Origin: Verrucomicrobiota bacterium
GTDB lineage: Bacteria; Verrucomicrobiota; Verrucomicrobiia; Opitutales; Coraliomargaritaceae
Direction: 5' to 3'
DNA: 64,000 nucleotides
Assembly (NCBI GenBank): GCA_039815375.1
Contig: JBCBZJ010000001.1
Coordinates: 256,001 to 320,000 of the forward strand
The notes beneath the pieces were generated by a model. That model searched no databases. It worked only from the letters and a program-made list of their open reading frames with translations, and was not told the origin of the DNA. Positions 52,925 through 63,343 of the stretch are shown here, piece by piece. Position 1 is the stretch's first letter. Every line of letters starts with the position of its first letter. The translations under genes and the position numbers were made by a program.

Positions 52925-55696
52925 TTAAGAAGCGTTGAGCTTATCCATTGGCGGTGCGAACTTGGTAAGCTCAATGCCTTCGACGGCATCCTTGTATTCG
53001 GCCATATTTGGGATGCGGCCAAGGATTGCGGAGAGGACTACGACCGGAGTGGACGCGAGCAGGGACTCGCCTTTCTTACGCTCAGAGTCCTCAACTACGC
53101 GGCCCTGGAAGAGGCGGGTTGAGGTGGCCATGACGGTGTCACCCTTCGCGGCCTTTTCTTGATTCCCCATGCAGAGGTTACAACCTGGTCGCTCAAGATA
53201 CATCATGTTGTCGTATTCGGTGCGCGCGGCACCCTTCGGAGCCGCGTCGTCAAATTCGAAACCGGAATATTTCTGCAGCATGTCCCAGTCGCCTTCTTCT
53301 TTAAGCTCATCGATGATGTTGTAGGTCGGAGCCGCGACGACGAGCGGAGCTTGAAACTCAACCTTGCCTTGTTGTTCTTCGAGATTCTTCAGCATTTTGG
53401 AGACGACCTTGAGGTCTCCTTTGTGAACCATGCAAGAACCGACGAAGCCCAGGTCGACCTTCTTCTCGCCAGCGTAGAAGGATACTTCACGAATGGTATC
53501 GTGTGTATAGCGCTTGGATACGTCTTCATTGCTTACGTCCGGGTCGGCGATCATCGGCTCATCGATAACATTCAGATCGACGACGAATTCGGCGAAATAC
53601 TTGGCGTTGGCATCTGGCATAAGCGCAGGTTTTTCACCGGAGCGGATTTCTGCGATTCGCTGGTTAGCCTTATCGATGAGGCCTTGAAGGACACTTGCTT
53701 TGTTGTCCATCCCTTTATCGATCATGATTTGGATACGGCCTTTCGCGATCTCAAGGGACTCGATCAAAGTCTTGTCCTGCGAAATACAGATTGCGGCTTT
53801 TGCCTTCATTTCTGCGGTCCAGTCGGTAAACGTGAAAGCTTGGTCGGCGGGTAGGGTTCCAATGTGGACCTCAATGATCCGGCCCTGGAACACGTTTTCC
53901 CCGAACTTTTGTAGCATCTGGGCCTGAGTTGCATGAACCACATCGCGGAAGTCCATGTATTCCTTCATCTCACCTTCGAAGGTCACTTTGACGGATTCAG
54001 GAATTGGCATGGCTGCCTCGCCTGTGGCCAGTGCCAGTGCCACCGTTCCTGAGTCTGCACCGAATGCGACGCCCTTTGACATGCGGGTGTGCGAGTCGCC
54101 GCCAATGATGATGGCCCACTCGTCGATAGTCAGGTCATTGAGGACCTTGTGGATCACGTCGGTCATCGCATGATATTTATCCTCCGGATCTCGGCCTGTG
54201 ATGAGACCGAAATTCTGCATAAAATTCATCAGGCGAGGAATGTTGGCCTGTGCTTTCTTATCCCAGACCGATGCGGTGTGGCAGCCGGATTGATAGGAGC
54301 CATCGACAGTTGGTGAAACCACGGTGGCAGCCATTGCCTCGAGCTCCTGCATGGTCATCAGGCCGGTTGTGTCTTGCGAACCGACTATGTTGACCTTTAC
54401 GCGGGCATCTGAGCCTGCAAGCAGAGTGACACCTTCGGGAACTCCCACTGCGTTCTTATTGAAGATTTTTTCGACTGCAGTAAGGCCCTGACCTTCACCG
54501 GAAACAATTTTGGCTGGAGCGAAGACCTGCTCTGCTTCAATACCGAGCGTCTGAGCAGCAAGCGTTTGGAGTTTTTTACCGAAGACAATCGCGTAGGAAC
54601 CACCGGCTCTAATAAACTCTAGTTTTTGAGGTGTGAAAGAAGAGGATATATCAGCAATTTCCTCGTTCTCTTTGTAGAGCTTCTTAGTCTTAGTATTGAT
54701 TGTAAGGACAGTGCCTGTCTCGACAGAGTAGACTTGTTCCAGAACTGGGTCGCCGCTATCGCCGAGCACTGGACTGCCATCAGCATCAAGCTTCTTGACC
54801 CAGTTTTTTAGATCCAGCCCAATGCCTCCTGTCACGTCAACGGTAGTCAGAAATATTGGAGAAATGCCATTTGTGCCTGCAACAATCGGGGCATAATTGA
54901 CGAAAGGCACGTAGGGGCTGGCTTGCTTGCCGGTCCAGAGTGCGACGTTGTTCACACCGGACATACGGGAAGAGCCCACTCCCATGGTTCCCTTCTCAGC
55001 AATCAGCATGACACTTTTGTCGGGGTGCTGGGCTTTTAGGCCTTCGATCTCGATTTGTGCCTCTGGTGAGATCATACATTTGCCGTGCAGCTCGCGGTCA
55101 GAACGCGAGTGCGCCTGATTCCCGGGAGAGAGTAGGTCAGTCGAGATGTCACCTTCTGCTGCTATATAGGTGACGACTTGAATTTCCTCTTTTACTTCGG
55201 GTAGCTTGGTGAAAAATTCTGCATTGGCGTAGCTTTGGAGAACTTCTTTTGCAATGGCGTTGCCTTCTTTGTAGGCAGTCTCAAGGCGAATCGTGTCTGC
55301 CTCATAAAGGAAGACCTGTGTCTTCAGAATATCAGCAGCTTGCTGAGCGATGGACGTGTCATCACCCAGCGCCAAATCGAGGAGAACTTCGACTGAAGGA
55401 CCACCCTTCATGTGAGAGAGAATTTCGAACGCGAATTCGAGCGAGATTTCATCGACTACAATTTCACCCTGGGCAATCTCCTTGAGGAACTTGGCTTTGA
55501 CGCGCGCTGCACTAGTGGTTCCCGGTAGCGTGTTGTAGATGAAAAACTTGAGAGAATCTTCGCGATGAGGATTTTCAATATCCTTGATCTGCTCAATAAG
55601 AGCAGATGCAAGCTCGGCGCTGTCAATTGGCTTGGGATGCAAGCCTTGAACTTTTCGCTCCTCAATCTCTTTCAAGTAGTCTAAATATACGTCCAT
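52925..55696 (-). CDS. acnB: Aconitate hydratase B
   Basis: STDLLSP, GVGSSR, GSQDTTG, GGDSHTR, FVGSCM, ERPGCNLCMGNQ, ATSTR. Confidence 0.96.
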   Translation of the reverse strand: MDVYLDYLKEIEERKVQGLHPKPIDSAELASALIEQIKDIENPHREDSLKFFIYNTLPGTTSAARVKAKFLKEIAQGEIVVDEISLEFAFEILSHMKGGPSVEVLLDLALGDDTSIAQQAADILKTQVFLYEADTIRLETAYKEGNAIAKEVLQSYANAEFFTKLPEVKEEIQVVTYIAAEGDISTDLLSPGNQAHSRSDRELHGKCMISPEAQIEIEGLKAQHPDKSVMLIAEKGTMGVGSSRMSGVNNVALWTGKQASPYVPFVNYAPIVAGTNGISPIFLTTVDVTGGIGLDLKNWVKKLDADGSPVLGDSGDPVLEQVYSVETGTVLTINTKTKKLYKENEEIADISSSFTPQKLEFIRAGGSYAIVFGKKLQTLAAQTLGIEAEQVFAPAKIVSGEGQGLTAVEKIFNKNAVGVPEGVTLLAGSDARVKVNIVGSQDTTGLMTMQELEAMAATVVSPTVDGSYQSGCHTASVWDKKAQANIPRLMNFMQNFGLITGRDPEDKYHAMTDVIHKVLNDLTIDEWAIIIGGDSHTRMSKGVAFGADSGTVALALATGEAAMPIPESVKVTFEGEMKEYMDFRDVVHATQAQMLQKFGENVFQGRIIEVHIGTLPADQAFTFTDWTAEMKAKAAICISQDKTLIESLEIAKGRIQIMIDKGMDNKASVLQGLIDKANQRIAEIRSGEKPALMPDANAKYFAEFVVDLNVIDEPMIADPDVSNEDVSKRYTHDTIREVSFYAGEKKVDLGFVGSCMVHKGDLKVVSKMLKNLEEQQGKVEFQAPLVVAAPTYNIIDELKEEGDWDMLQKYSGFEFDDAAPKGAARTEYDNMMYLERPGCNLCMGNQEKAAKGDTVMATSTRLFQGRVVEDSERKKGESLLASTPVVVLSAILGRIPNMAEYKDAVEGIELTKFAPPMDKLNAS

Positions 55697-55840
55697 CGTG
55701 GCGGAGCAATCTCGCCTGAAGCTCGATTATTTCAAGAAGAATCTGTCTTTCGGTTTAGGCAAGCAGCTACAGTTCCAGTTTTGTATCGGTTTACTTTTCG
55801 CTACTAAACAAGCGGAATATTGCCCGATTATTTGGAGAGT

Positions 55841-57292
55841 TTAGACGTGTTTTACCGCAATAAGTGTTAAATCGTCAATTTGGCCGGTACCTTCCGAAAA
55901 CCTTTCTACACTTCCGAGAGCTTGGTCCACGATCTCCTGAGCGCTGGATTTTCCGTTGGCTGATAAAACCTCAAGCAGCCGCTCGCTGGAAAATTCTTCG
56001 CCTTCCTGGTTTACCGCTTCGGTGATCCCGTCGGTGTAGAAAAGCAGGACATCCTCACTGCCAAAGTGTATGCTGGTGTCTTGAATTACCGAGTCAAAAA
56101 TCTTCGGCTCGACCATACCGATTGCCATCCCAGGAGACTGAACGGGCCTAACGTCCACTGTGCCGTCGGAGTGACTGTTGTAGAAAAAGGGTAGTTCATG
56201 GCCTGCCCGCGCTAGTTCGAGGCGCTCTGTTTCCAAGTCAAGTACGGCATAGATCATAGTGATAAACATATCGCGCTGCATCTTCCTCTCCATTGCCTCA
56301 TTAATCGCACTCAAAACTTTCGCAGGAGAGCGATACGCTTTCGCAAAGTGGTGAAGGTGTGTCTGGCAGATTGCCATCAGCAGAGCCGCCGATATTCCCT
56401 TTCCAGACACATCTGCTATGGCAAATGCGATCGTTTTGTCATCGATCGAAAAGACATCATAAAGATCTCCACCAATCTTCTGTGCTGCCGTATAGTGACT
56501 GGCAAATGCAATGTGGTCTGCTGGCGGATACTCCTTGGGCAACAAAAGGCTCTGCACTTTTCCGGCAAGGCGCATATCTATATCCATCCGGTTCTTGTCG
56601 ATTTGTACCTGCATTGCGTCGCTGTTGTGGACGGCAAGGCCGACTTGTTCGGCCAAAGATTCGACAAGCGAGAAATCGGTTTCAGTGAAGGCGAGTCCGT
56701 CGGAAGGATTCGCCACCGCCAGAACACCGAGCAGCTTGTCTTGAAACAGCACCGGAGCCACAATGATCGACCGCACCGTGAGCGCAGGATCATCATATTG
56801 AATGACGCGTGGGTCGTTTTGAGCATTGGATATTAGTTGTGCCTGACGTGATTTAGCCACCTGACCGATGAGCCCTTCACCTATTTGGTAACTCTCTGAC
56901 TTGAGAATCTTTTCTAGAAAGCGCGTGCGTGTCGCGAGCTGATCGCTTGTTGCCTCGGGTAGCTTGCGTTGTGGCGGGAACAGACCTTCTACTGCGATTC
57001 CTTTAAGCGTACTGTCCGCACATTTCTCGAAGATGCAGGCGCTCATTGCTCCTGTACTTAGAATTGCAGCATGTATAATTCGTTGAAACATGTTTTCTCG
57101 ATCGCTGCTTTCGGCAACGGCCTCGACCATGTTATGCATGAATTCGACGACGATCTGCTTCTCTTGTTGCAGGAGCTGCTTTTGCTCTTCGATGATTTTG
57201 AATTGGCGCGTCTTGCGATTGTTGAGCACCCAGATTGCCGATGCGCCGAGAACAATTCCAAATAGCAACGGCATCATAGCTAAAATTATCAA
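55841..57292 (-). CDS. Membrane-anchored GAF + SpoIIE/PP2C serine phosphatase (RsbU-like)
   Basis: IGEGLIGQVA (GAF), IGGDLYD, IADVSGKG, RAGH, FYTDGITEA, DDLTL. Confidence 0.92.
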   Translation of the reverse strand: MIILAMMPLLFGIVLGASAIWVLNNRKTRQFKIIEEQKQLLQQEKQIVVEFMHNMVEAVAESSDRENMFQRIIHAAILSTGAMSACIFEKCADSTLKGIAVEGLFPPQRKLPEATSDQLATRTRFLEKILKSESYQIGEGLIGQVAKSRQAQLISNAQNDPRVIQYDDPALTVRSIIVAPVLFQDKLLGVLAVANPSDGLAFTETDFSLVESLAEQVGLAVHNSDAMQVQIDKNRMDIDMRLAGKVQSLLLPKEYPPADHIAFASHYTAAQKIGGDLYDVFSIDDKTIAFAIADVSGKGISAALLMAICQTHLHHFAKAYRSPAKVLSAINEAMERKMQRDMFITMIYAVLDLETERLELARAGHELPFFYNSHSDGTVDVRPVQSPGMAIGMVEPKIFDSVIQDTSIHFGSEDVLLFYTDGITEAVNQEGEEFSSERLLEVLSANGKSSAQEIVDQALGSVERFSEGTGQIDDLTLIAVKHV

Positions 57293-57308
57293 ATATTAGT
57301 AAGCGATC

Positions 57309-57815
57309 TTAATTGCTTTCCTCCTTCTCGACTTGATTGCGGAGAAATGCGATTACGTCCTGAAATTTCTCGATATTGGCTTGGTCTGCCTCTGATAGAT
57401 TTACATGAGCTTCGAGCACCTCTTTCGCACTCGAGACTTCTTCATCCCGAAGGCTCTCAAAGCGGCCCCCTGTTTCAAAATCGCAAGCTTCGGCAATACT
57501 CAACAAGTTCTGTAATCCCAAGTTGCAGATCAATTCATAGTTTCGCTCACTTAAATTACAGAGTACCAGTTCGCCTGCAGGTGTTTGCTTTCGTAGTTCA
57601 ATAGCACTGCCTGCAAGAATGCCGAGAAAGGTACTGTCCATACCCCGGCATTGGGAAAAATCCAGTACGATCTGGTTTTTGCCATTACCGATGATTTGTT
57701 CGATAAAATCTCTGAATGCATTACAATTCAGGTAATTGGCTTTGCCGTTTATCTTGACTGCAACAGGGTCACTGTAAGCACTTACGAGAAAGGTCGGCTG
57801 TTGAGGGTCACTCAT
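57309..57815 (-). CDS. STAS-domain anti-sigma factor antagonist
   Basis: VLDFSQCRGMDSTFLGIL, LGL. Start taken at ATG 57815. Confidence 0.88.
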   Translation of the reverse strand: MSDPQQPTFLVSAYSDPVAVKINGKANYLNCNAFRDFIEQIIGNGKNQIVLDFSQCRGMDSTFLGILAGSAIELRKQTPAGELVLCNLSERNYELICNLGLQNLLSIAEACDFETGGRFESLRDEEVSSAKEVLEAHVNLSEADQANIEKFQDVIAFLRNQVEKEESN

Positions 57816-57988
57816 GCACGGTGGCGCGATGAACGTTGAAGATAATAAACAAAATGTTTGCGATGAGGGTTTCAATAAAGATGCCAGAATGGCATCCTGT
57901 AGCAACTTTAATTACCTCTTCGAGCTGCTTCAAAAGCTAGTAATTGGTGCTGATTCTCTAATTTGCAAATGTTTAGACTACAGACTAC

Positions 57989-58462
57989 TCAAGCTTCCAG
58001 TGTGCTCATAATGGCTTTGAAGTCCGGGAGTTGCTTAGGATCGTCTGAAGACTCAGAATAAATAATGATGCCTTCTTCGTCGATCACGAAGGCTGAGCGC
58101 TTTGATACACCTTTAAACCCAAGCAGATCCTCAAAAAGAACATCATAAGCTGTGGAAACCTCTTTGTTGAAATCGCTCAGCAGAGGAAACTGTAGATTAT
58201 CTATAAGTGACATCTTCTCGAGCGTGAATGGACTGTCGACCGAGATGCCATAGACTGCTGCATTCAGGTCTTTGTATTTCTGAATCCCGGAATTGACCGA
58301 GCACATTTCATCCATGCAAACGCTGGTGAAGGCTAAAGGAAAAAAGAGAAGAACAGTCTTTTGCTTTCCGAAGTTATCTGCGAGTGAGACGTCATCAAGA
58401 CCATCTGCGTGCTTATGCTTAAGAGTGAATTCTGGTGCTTTAATACCTGTTGTAAGTGCCAT
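57989..58462 (-). CDS. Peroxiredoxin (AhpE/BCP-like)
   Basis: FFPLAFTSVCMDEMC, GISVDS, LLSDFN, KRSAFVID. Confidence 0.92.
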   Translation of the reverse strand: MALTTGIKAPEFTLKHKHADGLDDVSLADNFGKQKTVLLFFPLAFTSVCMDEMCSVNSGIQKYKDLNAAVYGISVDSPFTLEKMSLIDNLQFPLLSDFNKEVSTAYDVLFEDLLGFKGVSKRSAFVIDEEGIIIYSESSDDPKQLPDFKAIMSTLEA

Positions 58463-58552
58463 GTTAATGAATGGTGTTTGTGTATATTACTAGAAACACT
58501 TCTAAGTAAGTGTCGTTATTGCCTTGATGTAAAGTGCTCGATGTAGATTCAC

Positions 58553-58582
58553 AAAAAACCCCGGGCTAAAGGCCCGGGGTTT
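58553..58582 (-). terminator. Intrinsic terminator after the FecR-domain gene
   Basis: AAACCCCGGGC-TAAAG-GCCCGGGGTTT stem with an A6 flank. Confidence 0.85.
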
Positions 58583-58620
58583 CCGTAAATTGCATGAATC
58601 GCTATAAGATCAGTACTATT

Positions 58621-59490
58621 CTACAGCTCTTGAGGACCTTCGTCGCTAATGATTATGACAATGTCATCGAATTCATTTTCTTCCTTATCTGTCGCCGTGT
58701 CACTAGTATCTTCCGTGTCTTTGGAATCTTCCGCATCTTCGATAGCTTGCTCTAGATCCTCACGAATCTGACTACCCTCCGGGAGACTTCCGAGGACTTG
58801 ATTGACGATTGTCTCGTAGTCTTGACTGTCAGTGTTTAGAATTACAGAGACTGTGACTTCTTGAGGAATGCCGCTAGTTTTGTTATCGCTGCCGCCATTG
58901 TATTCTTTTACCGTACTTCCACCGGAAATAGCACCGGAATACCTGCTGGTGAAAAGGACTGTGCCGTCTATATTTGTAACTTGAAGTGTTAACTGTCCCG
59001 AGCTTCTATCGAAACCAAGGGAAATTTTGAAGCGCGTACCGCGGATGGCAGCAGTCCCGAGTGGGGTCAAAATATCAAATTTGGATCCCTCGCCGAGCTT
59101 CTTAACGTGACCGCTGAGTCCACCGTAGTTAAGTTCCAAAAGTGTTTGGGAAACACTTGGATCCGCCTCTAGTTGCTCATAAGTGTCGTTGCCTGGGAAA
59201 GATTCTTGTTCGACCTTACTCAATTTGAGGCTGGAACTCTCTTCCACTGTGAGTTCGCTACCATTTGAGAAAACCAGATCAACCTGTCCAAGCTCTTCGA
59301 CTTGAATAGTGTCGCCTTGTTTAAGTATGTCACCGGTTTTGATGGGAGCACTTTGGCCGTATTTCGTAATCTTTGTCGCAGTGCCAGTGACTCCGAGGAC
59401 CTTTGCACTAGCCAGCTCGGCCGCTTGGGCAGACAGGAAGGCAATGGAAGTTAGTAGAAATGTGAGAAAGTAGAGTTTCTTTGAATTCAT
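58621..59490 (-). CDS. Exported FecR-domain protein
   Basis: Signal peptide; GDILKQGDTI, LVFSNGS, TPLGTAAIRGTRF; acidic tail. Confidence 0.85.
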   Translation of the reverse strand: MNSKKLYFLTFLLTSIAFLSAQAAELASAKVLGVTGTATKITKYGQSAPIKTGDILKQGDTIQVEELGQVDLVFSNGSELTVEESSSLKLSKVEQESFPGNDTYEQLEADPSVSQTLLELNYGGLSGHVKKLGEGSKFDILTPLGTAAIRGTRFKISLGFDRSSGQLTLQVTNIDGTVLFTSRYSGAISGGSTVKEYNGGSDNKTSGIPQEVTVSVILNTDSQDYETIVNQVLGSLPEGSQIREDLEQAIEDAEDSKDTEDTSDTATDKEENEFDDIVIIISDEGPQEL

Positions 59491-59644
59491 ATGGACTAGA
59501 GATTAATGATGAATCTGAGATTTTAAAATTATCTTATTAAAAAGATGTTTCAAGCTTTTTAAGCATGTTCCTTCTCACGTTACATTTACTAGACAAAGTA
59601 GATTCTTGCCCGCTGTATGCATATTAGTTTAATTGAAATTCCAA

Positions 59645-60421
59645 ATGACACAATTTCGGCCATGCATAGATCTGCATCAAGGGCGCGTGAAGCAAATTGT
59701 TGGTGAGTCGCTGAAGGGCGACGGCACAGCACCGAAGATTAATTTTCAGAGCGATCACCCTGCGGCATATTACTCTAACTTATATCGCAAGGATCAGCTT
59801 CGCGGTGGTCATGTCATTAAACTAGGACCGGGAAATGATGTGGCGGCAAGAGAGGCGCTTGCTACTTATCCTGATGGGCTTCAAATAGGTGGTGGTATTC
59901 GGTTCGATAATGCGGTTGATTGGCTCCAGGCGGGAGCTAGCCATGTAATCGTTACATCCTGGTTATTCGATACCCAAGGTCGATTTCTAGAACGCAATCT
60001 AGAACAGTTGGTAGCTGAGATTGGTAAAGATCGTCTCGTGATCGATCTAAGTTGCCGTGCAGTTGCTGATGGTTGGGTCGTCGCAATGGACCGCTGGCAG
60101 AAGAAAACAGAGCTGACCCTGACGCCCCTCGCGCTCACTGATCTGGGTCATTCGTGTGACGAATTGTTGGTACATGCTGCAGATGTTGAGGGTAAATGTG
60201 AAGGAATTGACGAAGCTCTCGTTGGTTTTTTGGCTGACTTCAGTCCAGTGCCTGTAACTTATGCAGGAGGGGCTCGGTCTGTAGAGGATCTCGACAAAGT
60301 CAGCCAATTGAGTAGGGGGAGGGTTGATTTGACCATAGGCAGTGCCTTGGATATTTTTGGTGGTTCAGGAGCCAGATATGTTGATTGTCTCGTGTGGAAC
60401 TCCCGAAAGTACGATACTTAG
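59645..60421 (+). CDS. hisA: ProFAR isomerase, eukaryote-like (His6) type
   Basis: FRPCIDLHQGRVKQIVG, GGHVIKLG, HVIVTS, HAADVEG, DLTIGSALDIFGG. Confidence 0.93.
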   Translation: MTQFRPCIDLHQGRVKQIVGESLKGDGTAPKINFQSDHPAAYYSNLYRKDQLRGGHVIKLGPGNDVAAREALATYPDGLQIGGGIRFDNAVDWLQAGASHVIVTSWLFDTQGRFLERNLEQLVAEIGKDRLVIDLSCRAVADGWVVAMDRWQKKTELTLTPLALTDLGHSCDELLVHAADVEGKCEGIDEALVGFLADFSPVPVTYAGGARSVEDLDKVSQLSRGRVDLTIGSALDIFGGSGARYVDCLVWNSRKYDT

Positions 60422-60535
60422 ATAGTATCTTTGTTTGTATCTTCATAGATACATGCGTTCGAGGTTTCGAAAATACGCGCATTTTAAGATTGGCATCGGA
60501 CTTCAGGCAGAGCATTGGAAAGTTTAATAAATTTC

Positions 60536-60808
60536 ATGGAACTTTTGAACATAGGCTTCGCGCTACTTGTTGTTAAGATCGCGGTTTCGGTTCTGCCTGC
60601 TGCACTTGGCATCTTTTTATTGACCAGTTCTGAGGAAAAGAAGCGTGAGATGCGCAATTCGCTGTGCAACAAACTGTTCGGAGTGAGCAATGCGATCCCT
60701 TATCCTAATTTTGCACGGTTTCTGATTTTTATGGGATTTTTGCTCATTGCTTTTAGTGCCACAGCCTCGTGGTTTCTAGTGCTTTCAAAGATGCTTTCGG
60801 CTCAATAG
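60536..60808 (+). CDS. Small two-helix membrane protein, unknown function
   Basis: 90-aa ORF filling the intergenic gap, with two hydrophobic segments. Confidence 0.65.
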   Translation: MELLNIGFALLVVKIAVSVLPAALGIFLLTSSEEKKREMRNSLCNKLFGVSNAIPYPNFARFLIFMGFLLIAFSATASWFLVLSKMLSAQ

Positions 60809-60885
60809 GACGCCAAGCGCCTGGGAGGCCTGCAGAATCAGGCCTGATCTGCTAGGTTTCGCAGCTTGACTCAATGGTCATTAAT

Positions 60886-60901
60886 TTCAAAACTATTTGA
60901 A
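60886..60901 (+). promoter_or_regulatory. Palindrome TTCAAA-ACTA-TTTGAA, candidate autoregulatory operator
   Basis: Lies 14 nt after TTGACT (60866-60871), over the expected -10 region of the regulator gene. Confidence 0.55.
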
Positions 60902-60946
60902 CTAAATGACTTTTCAGCAAATCTACATCTGTTCTCTAGCTGTCTG

Positions 60947-61495
60947 ATGCCCGAATACAAACCAGTCCAACCTCTTTTCCAGTGGGAACGAGCAACTATT
61001 GAAATTTTCGTCAGGGCAGCAAATATGGTCGGGCTTCCACGATCTATTGGAGAGATTTACGGTTTGTTGTTCTGCTCAGAACTTCCACTCACCTTTGATG
61101 AACTTGTCGACCGCTTGCAGATTAGCAAAGGCTCTGTCAGTCAAGGCTTAAAACTTCTAAGACAGTTGGGCGCGGTTCGCCTTCATTACGTCCCGGGTAG
61201 CCGCAAGGATCATTTTGAGCCTGAACTCTCGATGAAGCGCCTAGTTAAGGGCTTCGTTAAAGATCAGTTTAGTCCTCATTTGGAATCGGGTGAGCAGAGT
61301 CTGCAACAAATTGAAACGATGATTGAAAATGAAGCCGACTCCTCCGGGCGCGATCATGCGCAGGCAAGACTAAGCAAATTGAGATCGTGGCAGAAGCGCA
61401 CTCAGAAACTCGTCCCTATTATAATGGCTGTTCTGGGCGGTGCGCAATTTTTAGAATCTCCTGAGATGACTAAGGGCCGTAGAGAGGTCGTTTAG
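60947..61495 (+). CDS. GbsR/MarR-family transcriptional regulator
   Basis: GLPRSIGEIYGLLF, LQISKGSVSQGLKLL, GSRKDHF. Confidence 0.9.
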   Translation: MPEYKPVQPLFQWERATIEIFVRAANMVGLPRSIGEIYGLLFCSELPLTFDELVDRLQISKGSVSQGLKLLRQLGAVRLHYVPGSRKDHFEPELSMKRLVKGFVKDQFSPHLESGEQSLQQIETMIENEADSSGRDHAQARLSKLRSWQKRTQKLVPIIMAVLGGAQFLESPEMTKGRREVV

Positions 61496-61580
61496 TTCGA
61501 TTTTCGATTGCGGCAGTGCTGCATCAAAAAACAGTTCAAAATACTTCGAGACTGGTTTCGCACTTATGCGAGCGACCAAT

Positions 61581-61591
61581 GGCGGTAGCGT
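61581..61591 (+). promoter_or_regulatory. ops element (RfaH-type antitermination signal)
   Basis: GGCGGTAGCGT on the sense strand in the leader of a polysaccharide operon, preceded by a hairpin. Confidence 0.65.
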
Positions 61592-61715
61592 CTCATCGGC
61601 CTATGCTAATAAGACGAGTTCAAGCACTCATTTCAGAATCTGAACTAATTGCTAAAATGCCTTATCCGCACTTAAACTGCGACCTTTAACCTAGACTGTT
61701 AATCTAAATCCGTTC

Positions 61716-63218
61716 GTGCTCTTTTCTGCTCTATTTTTTCTTTTGCTTGGATGCTTCCTTTCATGGCTGGTGATCCATCTGTCCTTACATCTTGGGTTGG
61801 GCCAATCTCAAGGAGAGCAAATACAACACCACCATACACATACGGGATTTATACCGCGCATTGGTGGCTTAGGTATTGTTGTTGGTCTTACAGTCACTTA
61901 CCTGCTATGCTTTTTCTATTTAGATCAACGTGATAATCAGTCACTTATCCATTACAGTATCTTTGCGGGCGCAGTGATTGCTTTTTTATTGGGCTTTATC
62001 GATGACTTTCATCCTCTGGGGGCAAAGATAAAGATGCTCGTTCAGATCATTATTGCGCTCTTGGTGCATAGTGCGGGGCTAGCTGTAGAATTTGTGCGTG
62101 TTCCCTTCTGGGATGTGCAATTCGAGTTCGGTCCCTTTAGTGTGTTTATTACTGTTTTCTGGATCGTTGCCCTGATGAATCTAATCAATTTGATTGATGG
62201 TTTGGATGGTTTAGCGGGTGGTATTGGACTTATGCTGATGTGTCTTCTGGCTTTCCTGGCATATGAGTCCGGTATTGCCTATTCTCTTATTTTATCGCTC
62301 GGGATGATTGGGGCAATTCTTGGTTTTCTCTTTCATAATTTTCCGCCTGCTAAGGTCTATATGGGTGACTCCGGTGCTTACCTAATAGGTTTTGTGATCG
62401 CAGCGCTTTCACTTTTGAACTCAGAGAAAGGAACTGTACTAGCCGCTTTGATTGCCCCGGTGCTCGCTATGGCGCTTCCAATATGTGACGTTGCATTCGC
62501 GATTCTTCGTCGTGGCTTAAAGGGCTTGCCCTTGTTTCGGCCGGATCGTGGTCACATCCATCATCGCCTGATCGCTAGTGGCTTGTCTCGTCAAAAAGCC
62601 GTTTTACTTCTTTATTTTATATCCCTCATCGCTTTGGTCGGCGGCTTGTTGGCTTTTGCATCACAAGGGCGTTATCTTCCGATTTTTTTCGGGTTTGTCT
62701 TCGTATTGATACTCTTTGTCCTGCGGGGTCAAAAAGTAACACCTCAAGGTTTTACCCAAATTCTGAATGAGTCTTTTGAGGCACGGCAGGATACTAAAAA
62801 TGCCCTTTATCTGCGCGACTGGCTGATTGTTGAAGCAGAACGTGCTGATACAGGAGAACACCTTTGGTCTGACTTCCGCTTTGTTTTAAAGAAGATGGGC
62901 TTTTGCTTCGTCAGTCTTGAGATTGGAGATGATGTGAGAACTTATTATCAACCCAATACCAAGTTTGAAGTAGCCGAAGCGACCTGGTCTGAAGTCCACT
63001 CTTCTGAAGGCACTAGCCTGACCCTACGGGCTGAGAAAGATAACTTCTCAGAGCGCCAGTTTCTTGTTGTTGCAGACATTGCGACTGAAGCTTGGAGCAA
63101 AGCAGCAGCTCGCTGGCGCGAAATAAACGGCGCTGAATTCAGTTTTGATACCTCTGCAAAGCCTGCTGATAGCTATCGGCTTCAAAAGGCGAGAAATCTA
63201 TACCGGCCCACGTATTAA
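61716..63218 (+). CDS. wecA: Undecaprenyl-phosphate GlcNAc-1-phosphate transferase (WecA/TagO, glycosyltransferase family 4) with soluble C-terminal extension
   Basis: PRIGG, GFIDD, NLIDGLDGLA, NFPPAKVYMGDSG, DRGHIHHRL. Confidence 0.88.
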   Translation: MLFSALFFLLLGCFLSWLVIHLSLHLGLGQSQGEQIQHHHTHTGFIPRIGGLGIVVGLTVTYLLCFFYLDQRDNQSLIHYSIFAGAVIAFLLGFIDDFHPLGAKIKMLVQIIIALLVHSAGLAVEFVRVPFWDVQFEFGPFSVFITVFWIVALMNLINLIDGLDGLAGGIGLMLMCLLAFLAYESGIAYSLILSLGMIGAILGFLFHNFPPAKVYMGDSGAYLIGFVIAALSLLNSEKGTVLAALIAPVLAMALPICDVAFAILRRGLKGLPLFRPDRGHIHHRLIASGLSRQKAVLLLYFISLIALVGGLLAFASQGRYLPIFFGFVFVLILFVLRGQKVTPQGFTQILNESFEARQDTKNALYLRDWLIVEAERADTGEHLWSDFRFVLKKMGFCFVSLEIGDDVRTYYQPNTKFEVAEATWSEVHSSEGTSLTLRAEKDNFSERQFLVVADIATEAWSKAAARWREINGAEFSFDTSAKPADSYRLQKARNLYRPTY

Positions 63219-63343
63219 AGCGTGCCAATCGTACTATGTCTCAAGGCTCTCTTCTTTGCTTTACTTAGACTAGTTTTCCTACTTCAGCCTAAAAAGGCAT
63301 TGCACATACAACCAAACTTTTGCCCTCAAGCTGATTTGTTCTG

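Noticed and set aside
55841..57815. PP2C + STAS pair as a novel system
   Set aside because: Ordinary partner-switching module; the kinase or anti-sigma factor is presumably encoded elsewhere.
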